Shown here piece after piece: positions 50,461 to 63,790 of a stretch of 64,000 nucleotides of DNA (position 1 is its first letter; every line of letters begins with the position of its first letter). The DNA lies in assembly GCA_951406725.2 (NCBI GenBank), contig OX597825.1, positions 41,602,001-41,666,000 on the forward strand. Direction: 5' to 3'. The notes beneath the pieces are model-generated. The model was not told the origin of the DNA. It saw nothing but the letters and a program-made list of their open reading frames with translations, and searched no databases. The DNA comes from Octopus vulgaris. Taxonomy: Eukaryota. A program made the position numbers and the translations under genes.

Positions 50461-51999
50461 ACAGAATTTCAAAACAATAGGAAAATATCCCAGGAACACA
50501 GTGGCAACATGCCTGAAGCCAACCAAAGCAGACCATGAAATGGGATAAAAACTAAAAAATTGGGTGCTATTGGCATTGAGGGGAGGAGTTACATTAAGAA
50601 TTTAGTTTGTGAGAAAGGGTAACATGATATTTATGGTCAGCATCCGGAGGGGGGGTAGAGGATGTAAATTGGAGTCAGCTAGGGTGTTTCATATCAGTGA
50701 CTGGAGATGACGAGTAGGCAATTATATGTGTATTTTTATGTGTTATTCATTTTGTTACACTAGGATTAGAAATATGGGTAGCAGGGAATGAATTGAAGAC
50801 AAAGTAAAAAAATAAATAAAGTCAAATAACTACTGGTCCGGAGTGTTGGATGCCTTTGTTAAAGATTAAAGTTCAAAGAGAGGAGGGGAGAGATACCTAC
50901 AGAATTAGGGCTATACAATGGATAGGGGTTGACTGTGGAGGAGGGTTAGAAAGAACTCAAATCATTAGTTCTAACAATTGTGGAATGGTAGTGTTTTGTG
51001 TGATTATTTTATCTGGTAAAGCAAAGTAGAGGTAGGATGTTGATATAGAAACAAATATATTATATGGGATAATGACACACCCTTGTAATAAGAGAACATG
51101 TGTGCCTGGTATAGAATTATTACTGTTATAAATGATAAATAGGGAAATAAGGGTAGTAGTGATAGTGTACTACCTGTCATTTCAATTATGAAGTTCAACG
51201 AATGAGAGAATTACCTAATAAATCTCAGCTAATACAGAACAAAGTGGGTATACCAGATCAGACATCTTTGTAAGCCAGAAGCTAGTAGTTATCTACTGAT
51301 TAACTTTTTAGAATGTTTTATTGGTGGCATTAATATTACTTAATTAGATAGTACATTTCGTTATTATATAAATCAGGTTGTGTAAACTAAAACCAATAGA
51401 CCTAGTTAAGAAGTTTGGGTGATATGTTCCTTTATTATTGTGAGCAGCACAAATAACAATAACCTGGTATAAGGATTACTTACTGAGGGAAATTGGAAAA
51501 CTAGCTAGGGAGTGTAGGCTGCTATTTCATAAGTTAGATGCGATCGTAAACACAAAAACGTAATGTTAGATAAAAGTAGATAGAAAAGATTAGTTCCTTC
51601 ACTATCACATACTATGCAAGTAATTTTATTAGGATTTATATCATAATTGGGGACAGGATGTAGTGGAAAGAGAAAAGGCAGAAGACTACTCAGAAGAATA
51701 AGCAAATCATTGGAGTTTGGGGATCTACATATGAAAGTGGTGGGACCGAGACAGTTTAGCCCTAGGTTAAACATAGAATAGAGACTATGTGATGTCTTAA
51801 AATATTTAAAGGTACAGGTTACTTTATGGATACATGAAAGACGAATGTCCAATTTATTATTAATTAAAATTTTGCTATTTGATCCCTTTAATAAGTCGTG
51901 CAGCTCCATGTAACATAGTCTGCACCCGTACGGCTGTTTGAGTACGGTTTTGCAACCTGGATTATATCTAATTTCAAATCGAATTAATTTAGTAGTGAT

Positions 52000-52320
52000 G
52001 GCAAGATGGTAGAATTGTTAGCACACCGGGCAAAATGCTTAGCAGTATTTCGTCTATACAGTTCTATATTTAAGAGATGAGGAATTATGTACATTATTTA
52101 TATTATTTACATTATATCCGTCAAATGTAAATAATGTAAATAAAGTATTTCGTCTGTCTTCACATTCTCAGTTCATATTCCATTGAAGTCGACTTTGCCT
52201 TTCGTCCTTTTGAGGTTAATGAAATAAACACCAGTTCCACACTGGAGTTAATGTGAATGACTATCCCCCTCCCCCCAAATTCCAGGCCTTGTGCCGATAA
52301 TAGAAAGGATTATTTTTATT
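52000..52320 (+). mobile_element. Nin/Deu SINE inside the Penelope element, itself carrying an 88-bp insert
   Basis: 'ggtagaattgttagcacaccgggcaaaatgcttagc...gtcgactttgccttttcgtcctttt'; 12-bp repeat 52044-52055 / 52144-52155. Confidence 0.8.
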
Positions 52321-52876
52321 ATTCTTGGTACAATTATTATTTGGTGTTGGGTTATGGACATTATTACTAATACTCCAGGCTATGGCTATGTATCTCTTGT
52401 TCAGGCCAGCTATAATTGTATCCAGATTGGGGAGAGTTGAATAGGAAACCCTAACATTTTTACAGGAGAATAAACGGTTATACATATGTGATAGAGGGAA
52501 GTTGCACTGGAATATGCTAAAGAATTTACTGCATAAATTAGTAACTAAATGAAGGGAGGATTATACCATATTACATCACTTTTTTGTCATTTTTTCCTTT
52601 GTATCCACTATGCTTCTTATACTTATAATTAGTTCCTGATCTGTATGATGAACTTTTCTTTTTGTTTGTGTTATTGCTGAGATCACCACAGTCTCTATTG
52701 GTACCTTAATTACTATTTGCCCCATTAACAACCCTTTATAGCTATCTACCAAATTTCTTCTGTGTGCATAACCTGGACATTCTACTAACTACTTAATCGA
52801 CCATAGGCGGAGACCACAGGTTAATCCAACCCTACTTGGCACTTATTTAACTACCCAATTCTCACAGGAATCCTTA

Positions 52877-52880
52877 TTAT

Positions 52881-52911
<31 letters not shown>

Positions 52912-52972
52912 GAGAGAGAGGGAGAGACAGAGAGAGAGAGACATACATATATATACACATATATATATACAT

Positions 52973-53003
<31 letters not shown>

Positions 53004-53272
53004 CAAACATACACATATATATATTTATTTACATACATACATACATACTTACACACACACATATATATATACATACATACATACATACATATGTACATAT
53101 ATACATACATACATACATACATACATACATACATACATACATACATACATACATACATACACACATACATACATGCATGCATACATACATACATACATAC
53201 ATACATACATACATACATACATACATACATACATACATACATACATACATACATACATACATGTATCCATAC
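52877..53272. repeat. Compound (CA)/(TA)/(GA)/(TACA)n microsatellite
   Basis: Directly visible. Confidence 0.95.
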
Positions 53273-56200
53273 ATACTACTCACAGGACACTTGTCATCTA
53301 CGAAAATATCTGTCAAACTATAAACCCTAAACAAAGAATATACATGACAGAGTTTAGTATTGAGCCAAAGGATTATATTGTAAATGTTTGTGTTTATTAT
53401 TCATGCAGGTTAATGAAATATTCCAAAACTGAGTTAAGTAAAGAGAGCAAGCCTGCTTTGAAATGAATAATTTATTAAGAATAGGGTTGATTTGAAAATT
53501 GCTAAGATTAAAGTTAATTGGAAAATTTTTAAGATGGGTATTCAGTGTGCTGTTTCAAAGATTAGCACTGATAGATTTTCAGATAGTGTTCATGCATTTA
53601 ACATTATATAAATGTTTTTTAAATTAATTTTTAAACAGTCTGCTTTATATTTTTATGTACATGTATTTAGTTTCAAACGATCTGATGAGCCATTTGGCAC
53701 CAGTGACAAGTCCAGAAGATTTTTTAAACTCCTGATCAATGAGTTATTAGAGCAAAATTTTGTCCACTCAAATATTTCAGGTCCACACACAATGTCTGAG
53801 TGGGAATAACACATTTGAAGTGACATTTGGCAAAAAGAAAATCTTCTTTCTGAAACATTTCTCTCTCACACACACACAGACACACACATGCATGCATGCA
53901 CATGTATGTGTGTAATTATGAATGCATGTCTGTAGGTGTGGCTGTGTATGATGACAGCGTCATATAACTATTGACTAACTTATCTTGATGGAAACACAAC
54001 AGAACATTAATGTTTATCAAAAAAAACTAATTGTAAATATTCCAGAAAGTTGATCAAAATATCAGTATCTTATTATACAAGTTTTCATTGCGTCATTGAA
54101 ATGTTAGAGTAAATAATCTATAGAAATAGTTAAAACATAAGAGGGTGGTGAACTTGTCTGCATTAAGAATATGTAGTACACTATCAATATTATAAAAGCA
54201 TTGTCTTTGAGAACAGGTGTCATTTTGTTTATAATACATCACAATTATTAATAAAAGACTTGCTGTCAATTATTGAGTATATGTTCTAGAAGAGAATTAT
54301 TTATTTTATCTCTTTTTCTGAAGAAAACGGTAAATATAAATACTAAATAAAAGTTTGGTGGTTTAGAAAATATATTATCAAAGTGTTAATGAATTGAAAT
54401 TCTCTTTTGTTTTAGTTTGCAACATTCCATTTGTCTAAACACATTTATGTCATAAGTGTGGCAATCAATAAAATTGTTTATTATGACCATGCCTGCAAAC
54501 AAAGCTCAGATTTCTCCTATCAATTTTGTGAAATTAATTATTAATTTCTTGAAATTATTTTCCCTTCACTGTGGAAGTTGCTTGAGGTTTATATCTTTTT
54601 CCTTAAATTAAGAGAGAATTTACACGTATGAAATTTGTATACATTATTCATTACATCACCTCTTAAATTATTGATCTAGATTAACATCATTCACCGTTTG
54701 AGTTATTTCCCTAACATAATTGCATATTTTTTAATTAGGTAAATTTTTAGAAGCAATAAATCTTTGTAATTGTTTGTTTATAGGTAAAAACTGCTGTCAA
54801 CATTTTAAAACAAAAGTGAATAGGCTCCTTGAGGATGATGAGTTCCAATAATACTGAAACTTGTCCAAAGCTGCCCTCTTACTCATAAATATGGTAGATT
54901 CATTTATTTTCTGAAATGAATTTTTAATTCCTTGGAATTTATCTCCTATTTTCTTTGAGGATTGTAACATTTTCATTTTTTTTTATCCAAGAAAAAAATT
55001 TATTTAGTTGAAAATCTTTTTAGTACATCACCCAAAACTTGTTTGATTATTTATTACAACTGTCCTCCAACATGAACATGGTGTCACTGGTTGAAATTTA
55101 CTTTTCCTTACAAATAAGATACTCTATGCATGGAGCAAATAGTAAAGCTTCTCAACATATCCTATTACCTTTTTTGGCTCTTCTGTATCTCATCTCCCAT
55201 ATCCAGGACTAAGCACCTGCTACTTAAATGATTCATCCTTACTGGGACTGCATTACTCTGGAAATTCATTCCTGCTAATATCATTCAAAGTGAACTGGAT
55301 TTACCTTTATCTTACAACTATTGGAGAGCCTAGAGTATGCTCCATCCTCTTACTAATTTATTTATATACATTTTTAAAATGTCGCTTTTATTTCTCAAGC
55401 TATAACTAATTTATATCACCAACAATGATAACAACCTCAAAAGAGGTCTTTATATGTGACCTTGGTATTTATGGAATCCGTATTGATACTGTAATTTGTT
55501 TCTTTTCCCTCTTTTTTACTTTTGAGGAATTTCAATGAAATTATATATTTTATATTTTTAAAGAAACGTTGGTACACAAAGAGAAAATATATGTAAACAA
55601 ACTAGTCATCAACCATCGTAGTTACCTGCAACATCTAGCAGCAATTCCTAAACTTTTACCAGTATGGCACATTTATAGCAAATCAATAATCCTCTGTGAC
55701 CTTTCATAATATTTAAACAAAAACAATGAGTGCACTTAACATTTGACACTATTCTTTAGGAAATATTTTTCACTTTTTATTTTCAAGAAATGTTATGTTG
55801 TAACTCTCACACCTTTGACTTATTATACAACATTTTTATGAACATTTTGTATTTTATGAAATATTTCAAAATTAAATGAGTTATTTTAATGACCCTTTCA
55901 GATTTATACCATGTCCCAATTTGGATTGTGACCAATACATTGGAAACTACAAATCTATATCATTAACAACATATACTATCAGCACTTAGCTGAAATACAT
56001 CAGTCATATAACACAATTATATAAATATTTTTCTAGTTGTTTTAGATTTCTATATAATTGCATATCCTTCAATGTTTTGTATTATTCACAACTATAGTTT
56101 TGAAAAATTCAATCTGTTTTTTTTTTCTCTATGGCACTAATGTAATTCACCAAGGTGTTAACTACAAGATCCAACTTTAAATTCTCACCACTTTTTGTTT

Positions 56201-58414
56201 TTGATTCTTTTCTATCTGACCATTGCATCTGTCTCCAATTTTCATTGAAAAGCATAAGATATTCTTTACTCAGTAAAGGATTCATGCTCAAAAATTTTAA
56301 TTTAATCAGATTGTTTTCCCTTTTATATGCTACATTAAGAAAAGAGCTGCATTATTTATGCATCAGCAAATTTTAATAAATATCTATACTACGTAAATGG
56401 AATTGATCACGTTAGTTATCAAGTTTCCAAACAAGATACATTTATCAATGATACACGTTTTATTCATTTAATGAGATTACTTTGAGCAATATGCATGGTG
56501 CAATTTAAGCTCAATCTACAAGATAATTATACAGAGCTCAGTATGTCAAATAAATTATAATACTGAAAAAACTTATAACAATAAGTTATAATTTTCCAAA
56601 GTACCTATTTAAAGTTAAGTAGATTTACTTATCTCAAGTGAATTGTCTTAGCTATGTACACAGAGCAATGCTAGTCATGATATATGAAATAAAACTAAAA
56701 AATATACAAAGCAAAAAGAAGGAAGGTAGAACAACAAGAAGGAAATGGTAAAAGCAGAAACAAGGTGAAAAAAGTAATATAGAGCAAAAAATAAAGAAGA
56801 AAGGAAGGAAGAAAGAGAATAAACAGCATTAGTTCCATGAAGATGCACAAATGGACTATGGATAAAAGATAAGTAAAGTAAATAAGCATCAAAGACAAAC
56901 ATGTTCTTGAGACATAAAAGTCAAAATGAATAATAGAAGTTCTTACATCTTCACATATAACAGGCAATCAAAGTGCTCCAATAAATCCTATTCTTAGCTG
57001 TAAATCCTGTCACACAGCTTCATTGACAGTTGACTAGCTATAAATCTCTCAATATTTCACTGCTAGTTCATCTTTGGCTTAACCATATTGGTTCGTAGAT
57101 GGAAATAGAGTTCTAGTGATTTCAACATTGTTTTGTGTGCTGTTGTATGCGTCATCAACAAATGTTGGATTTTCTTATCATGTTTCAGTTAGCAGATCTT
57201 AGTCACACTGACTATGGAAAATTACCTTGGGACATCATCATAATACTTAAATACGAACTAGCATGTTTAAAAATATGAGTAAATGAATTTCTATTTACAA
57301 AAGTTACCTATGGAATGAAGAAATGCTAAAGTAGATTTAATGAATAACGATAATAAAGCAAAATAGCAACAACTCTGAAATTTTGATAAATAATAATATA
57401 GAATATGCATGCAGTGAAGAGTTAGAAAATGCTAGCTCAAGAACTAAAAGTTATTTAAACTGACTTTTGGTAAGCATGTTTGCAAACCCCAGATTTGGTT
57501 CAGTATTCTTATACTAGTCAACAGAGCAATAGCTTTTGCCAGTGCCTGCCAAATCACTTCTTTGACTAGACCAAATTTGATTAACATTTGTTATTGCACC
57601 TATATTTCTCTCTCCTCATAGCAAAGATAATTAAAGCTAATTGAAATTTCTTTGCTCACTACATTATGACAGCACTGACTCAACTATAGATCAAATAAAG
57701 CTCACAGATACAAAATTCAGACTAATCTAAACTAATTTCTGATTGATTACTAGAACACAAACTAATTTCTGAATGATTATCAATAAAAGCATATCAAATA
57801 ATGAATGACTTGTAGACAGCAAATATACATAAGGCCAGTACTCGATTCTATGGTGTGTAGCCTTAAACAGATATAAATATTCTTCTAGATAACATTTTGG
57901 ATTATTCAGCTAATGCTGGAAGTTTGTTTGAAATTAATTGAAATGAGTACTGCAAATCAACAAAGTATTTCTACTTTTGTTTCTTCATATATATACATAT
58001 ACGCATACATATATGTGTATAAATGTGTGTGTGTTCATATATGTGTAGAGAACAAAAATAGCATTTAAAATTCTTGACAGCTGTTTCGGTAGAACATTAT
58101 TGATGTATTCATAGAGTACATCATAATATATAATCCATCACCTTCAGGTAAAATTTTGAACAAAAGGTCGACCAGGTGAGATTTCATGCATCAAATATGA
58201 TGAATTCAACATCGTTAGATGAATGCTTCTATAAGGAATAACATACATATTTATATGAAAATTAGTTCTACCTTTAACAGGCATCAGCATGTAATATCTT
58301 CAGTGTTTACCTCAGTGTTAACTCTATGTTATCATACCTAGCCATTGCTGGCATCTGAGTTGCTGATGTGCCTAGGATCTATTGAATCTATATGTGTGTA
58401 TATATATATATATA

Positions 58415-61400
58415 TTACCGCTTAAATGTTTGAACCTATCCACTAACCTGCTTGTTCTTTTCTTTCTCCACAAAATTTAATCCTTTAATTCTTTTAAACC
58501 CCCCCGGTATAAAAGTTAATTCGTTCGTTTCTCTATGCTACCCTTTCCAACCCCGAAGATCTTCGCCATTTCGCCATTCGCGGTGCGCCCGTCCTTTCCC
58601 ACCCCACCACCAATACCGGGGAACACTGTTCACACCATCTACACCGGATATGTCCTCCCCACCACCATTACGTGTGTCTATTCCTCCTACCCCTCCTCCT
58701 CACATGCTTTTCACTATGTATTACCCCTGCCTCTCCCCCCCAAGACAGAAGCAGCTAGCGCCGCAGCTCATCAAACGTCCCACTTATCTTATGTTTCCTC
58801 CTGTTTTGAAATCTGTCACTGCCTCAACCGGCTAACTCCTTCCAGTCCCCCTCCCCCACTCGTGATATCCTACGTTTTTATTTCCTACGTTTCATTCTGT
58901 CTAGAACCTGCACCAACCCTACCTGTCATCGTTCCTCCTTACCCCAACCCTCCCCACTGGTGCTTCCCTATATTACCTGCACAACCCCCCCACTTTCTCT
59001 CCCTCTCCCTCTCTTTTCACTGGTGGAACCTTTCTCAGCTGGAACCCCCCAACCCAACTCTAGAATATCCATGTTTCTGCTACGCTGCCTAATTACGTTA
59101 CTCAGTGACGATAATGCTTGCTTAGAATGCTACTAACACCTAGAATTTCAGCATTTCTGCCACATCTACATCATCAATGACCTTAATGCTTATGCCTACA
59201 ACGCTGCTAACACCGGCTCCTGCCCACGGCAGGGGCCACAATCTTAACATGCCTAAATGCTTGAATATTGTCAGGTCGGAAGAGAGATCAGAAGAGAGAT
59301 CAGATGAAAAATGCCACGAAAACGATCACCACCACAACAACCCTCTTCTTCTCAGGTGCTGAATTGCTCCCTTCCTCCCCACATCTCCTTCCCAGTTTTC
59401 AGAGTTGGCACTGTCAATGTTGGTACATTGAAAGGTAGGTCTAGTGAGATTGTAGAGATGCTTGAGAGAAGACAGGTTGATGTATGCTGCATACAAGAGG
59501 TAAGATGGAGAGGTGCTTCAGCTAGGGTCCTCACAGGCAAGGCACTTAGGTACAAAGTCTTCTGGCAAGGTAACATGGAAGGTGTAGGGGGTGTAGGAGA
59601 AATGGGTGGATAAGGTCATAGAGATTGTCAGGGTTTGTGATAGAGTGCTTAAGCTCAGGTTGGTCCTACAGAGTGGCACAGCTACGATTATCTCCGCCTA
59701 TGCCCCACAAGCGGGACTACCAAATGATCAGAAGGACCACTTTTATGATACCCTTCTACAAGCGACTTCAAAGACTAGTGGCAAGGACCTCATCTTTGTG
59801 GGTGGAGACATTAATGGGCATGTTGGGCGGGAATCGGGTATCTTCACTGGGGTACACGGTGGCCATGGTATTGGCACCAGAAATGATGAGGGAACTAGAC
59901 TACTGGAATTCTGTGATGCATGTAACCTTTTAATCTGCAACACTAACTTCAAGAAGCCTGACTGCCACCTTATAACCTATCAGTCAGGAGACTCCACTAG
60001 CCAAATAGACTTCATCCTCACCAGACAGCGGGATGCAGGGTTGCTCTTGAATACAAAGACCCTCCTGGGTGAAGAATGTATCCCTCAGCATACACTAATC
60101 ATCAGTGACTTTAAGCTTGAGGCCAGAAGGACTCCAAGAAACAAACCAATCCAGAAAAGAAGGATTTGGAAGCTAAAGAACCCTTCACATGGTCAGAGAT
60201 TTAGGGACATCCTCATCAAGAAATTTGATGAGAGGGAGGAGGAGCTTCAGACGTCGGACATAGAAGGTAGCTGGGAATTCCTATGGAACAGCTTGCTGAG
60301 TGCCACAGACCGAGTCTGTGGATGGTGCTAAGTCCCTTCCAGACCTAGAGTTATGTAGTGGTGGAAAAGTGCAGTAGACAAAGCCATTAGTGCAAAGAGA
60401 CAGGCCTGGAAAGGCTGGAGGGATGGGGTAGCAGGGAACTGTACCAGGTAGCCAAAAGGGAGGCTGGGCGGCAGGTATACATAGCCAAAGATGTAGCAGA
60501 AAAGAAGAAGTTTGCCAATGTCCAGCGACGTGAGGACCAAAGAGCTGAGGTATTTCGGATTGCCAGACTGTGTGTGAGAGAAAATAGTGATGTTACAGGA
60601 GAGAAATGTGTCCGCATGGATGATGGGGCACTTGCTTTTACTGTTGGTGAAAAGAAAGAAGCTTGGAGAAGCCATTATGAAAGACTGCTGAATGAGGAGA
60701 ATGAATGGGAGGAGGAGAGCCTGCCAAATGTTGACCCAGTGGAGGGACCAGCTACCCGAATAGACAGCTCCCTTGTAGTTAAGGCAATTAAGGATATGAA
60801 ACCAGGTAAAGCCCCCGGCCCATCAGGAATCACTGCTGAGATGCTTAAAACAGCTGGCTATGTGGGCTATGGCCTAGTCACCTGCATTGTAAACCAGGTA
60901 GTTCATAATGGAGTCATACCCAATGACTGGCGTAGCAGCACCATAGTCAACTGATACAAGGGTAAGGGTAATGCTCTAGATAGAAATAACTACAGGGGTA
61001 TTAAACTGTTGGATCAGGTGATGGTCACAGAGAGGGTCATAACCCATCTCATTAGGGAGAGAATTTGCTTAGATGAGATGCAGTTCGGTTTTGTGCCAGG
61101 TAGAAGCACCACTGATGCTATATTCCTGGTCCGACAACTGCAGAAGTACCTAGCTAAAGATAAACCCCTCTACATAGCTTTTGTGGACTGGGAGAAAGCC
61201 TTTGACAGGGTTCCCCGTTCCCTTATCTGGTGGTCGATGCAGAAACTGGAGATTGATGAATGGCTAATAAGGGCTGTACAGGCTCTATACAGAGAGGCTG
61301 TCAGCAAGGTTAGGATTGGCAATGAATATAGTGAAGAATTCCGGGTGGAAGTAGGTGTGCACCAAGGCTCAGCCCTCAGTCCCCTTTTATTCATAATAGT

Positions 61401-62163
61401 CGTCCAGGCAATAACAGAGGAATTCAAAACAGGATGCCCCTGGGAGCTCCTCTATGCTGATGACCTGGCTCTCATCGCAGAATCACTACCGGAACTAGAA
61501 AAGAAATTTCGGGTGTGGAAGCAAGGGTTAGAATCAAAGGGCCTTAGAGTAAATGTAGCAAAGACCAAAGTTATAGTAAGCAGAAAGGCGAACTCAGCAC
61601 ACACACCCTCAGGCAGGTGGCCTTGCTCGATCTGTAGGAAAGGTGTAGGTAGAAACTCCATAAGATGCACCCAATGTAAGCTATGGACGCATAAGAGGTG
61701 CAGCAACATTAAAGGGAAATTAACTGATAAGATAGCTTTTATGTGCGGCAGATGCACAGGGACAATAGACACCACAGACACTCAGAAAACAGATTCCGTC
61801 ACACTCCAGGGGGAGAAACTAGAAGTAGTTGATAGTTTCCACTACCTGGGTGACCAAGTTAGTAGTGGAGGTGGATGCACAGAGAGGCTATTCGTATGCA
61901 CCACTAGAATACGAATAGCCTGGGCAAAGTTCAGAAAGCTCCTACCTCTACTGGCGACAAAGGGTCTCTCGCTCAGAGTGAAAGGTAGATTGTATGATGC
62001 ATGTGTGCGAACTGCCATACTTCACGGTAGACTTGAAAGAAATGAAGCTAGCATGATCCGCTGGATGTGTAATATCAGTGTGCATGCACGACAGAGTGTA
62101 AGCACCCTGAGAGAAATGCTGGATATAAGAAGCATCAGATGTGGTGTGCAAGAGCGACGCTTG
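58415..62163 (+). mobile_element. Near-full-length RTE LINE (C-rich 5' region, APE, RT, PHD-like finger), 3' end lost
   Basis: RVGTVNVGTL..CIQEVRW, SAYAPQ, GDINGHVG, QIDFIL, NYRGIKLL, QFGFVPGRSTTDAIF, KAFDRV, HQGSALSP, YADD; several stops and frameshifts. Confidence 0.95.
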
Positions 62164-62635
62164 CATCGACATGAATAAGGATGCATCATTCCAGGTGCAC
62201 ATTACCAAGTTGGCAATAAAATGGAGACACCTGGCCAGATAGATCCTTCGAACTTTCAAACCAAGAGAAAAGGAAACAATGATGGTCCTCTGGAGGACTT
62301 TTGTTCTCAGCTGTCTGGATTACTGCTCCCTAATATGGTCACCAAACTGTAAAATTAACAACAGAGCTTGAGGCAATCCAATAAAGCTACATACAAAGAA
62401 GATTGACACAGTGCAACAAATCAGCAACTGGGAGAGACTGAAAGAGTTAAGACTCTACTCCCTGGAACATAGGTGGAAAAGATATGCAGTAATCCTAGAA
62501 AAACTTGGAAAATCTTAGGAAGTCTTATGCTAAATTTTGGCATTAGCATTTACATAAAGAGTATGTCAGGGCACCACTACATAGTGCCAACATTACTATC
62601 AGGATACAGAACCAGATACTGCAACAGCTTTGGGT
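62164..62635 (+). mobile_element. CR1/L2-like LINE 3' fragment
   Basis: ILRTFK.R, LWRTFVLSCLDYCSLIWSP, ELEAIQ, WERLKELRLYSLEHR. Confidence 0.8.
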
Positions 62636-62779
62636 AGTAATGTTGCTGCAGTTCCAGAAGTATCAGTAGCTAAAGCTATTTTATTTTCTTGATAAGCTTT
62701 AGCTAGGAGGAGTTTAATTACAAATGTTTTCCCAGTACCTCCTGAAACATCTAAGATGCTGCCAAGTTTGACCTGAGGC

Positions 62780-63790
62780 TAAGTGTGGTTTTTGTGCCCT
62801 CAGTGAGGAATAGAGTAGACGTCCTGACCAGAGTAAAGAAAACCTGGTTGCAGGTTCCAGAGGATCTGGAGTAAGGAGTGGTTGTGGTGTGCCAACTTAG
62901 TGATGCGGAGCTGAGGAGACTGCATACCATGCATCACATGGGGGTGGACAGGATCCCTGTTCCTAGCCAGGAAAGTTGACTCTGACATGACCAGGCAGAG
63001 TGTGCTAAGAGTAGTTGGGAGCTGAGAAAGGTGCCAGTCTATTGACCCTGCTCCAGGTGTGCATGAGGGAGGAAGCATTCCAGTGGAACACAACTGAAAA
63101 AGACTGGCAGTGGACGTGATGCACTACCAGCAGGGGACATACTGCATCGCCACATCCCACAGAAGAGAAGGAGCATACTTTTGTGCAGGTCAGAGAAAAA
63201 GTCTGGGTTAAGCCCCCAAATGTGTGGTGCATATCACAGTAGGAAAAGGGGACAATAACCTCTGTGAATTCAAGGAACAATGTATCCGTAGATGGCATGC
63301 CACAACATGTTTTGGATGTGCACAGGATCATCACTGCGAGAGAGGATGAGGCCAGCAGTAATAGACAAGAGGACGAAACTGGCAGGAACATGCCAAGAAC
63401 TGAGGCCAGTCCTGAAGTCCCATGGCGGTCACAGAGGGAGCGGTGCATTCTTTGCTGGTTGGTTGATTACGAGACAAATTAAGGCTTGTGGTCAGGGTTG
63501 AGAAGCGGGCGTGGGCTGGTTGGTTGAATGATCTTCAGATCAGGGGGCATGTGGTGTTATGAGCCAGGCTGTGTTGTAGGGAAGGATCAGAAGTGAGGGT
63601 GCAGGCATGTCCTGTCGGAAGTGGGGCCTGTGGATCACACTGGAAGTGCCATGGTGGACATGCACATCAGTGAAGCATGAGGGTCAGTCAGGGGCAAACA
63701 GCACATCAGAGCAGACATGTGAGATGGTACAACAATAGATAGTGCATGTGGAGGTGGAATGAACTTTGGAGATCACGACAGCACGTGGAT
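62780..63790 (+). mobile_element. Gypsy 3' remnant (deleted integrase, PPT, probable 3' LTR start at ~63550)
   Basis: CQSIDPAP, KRLAVDVMHY, EKVWVKPPN, NSRNNVSVDGMPQH, RSQRER; 'agggggca' followed by TGTGG. Confidence 0.75.

Larger units (their letters stand above)
50380..52620 (-). mobile_element. Decayed Penelope-like element (Neptune-type C-terminus plus 3' region)
   Basis: DVIWYNPPF..TNLCSKFF (52500-52580), NVRVSYSTLPNLDTIIAGLNK, ITCIVC (51600-51625); HHR at the far end. Confidence 0.75.

Noticed and set aside
58452-59092. Pro-rich ORFs as a possible RTE ORF1 or host gene
   Set aside because: Explained by C-rich composition; overlapping frames are open and no domain is recognisable.
61009-62178. 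Active RT gene (389-aa ORF)
   Set aside because: Upstream ORF2 has stops and frameshifts and the 3' end is missing, so this copy cannot be autonomous.
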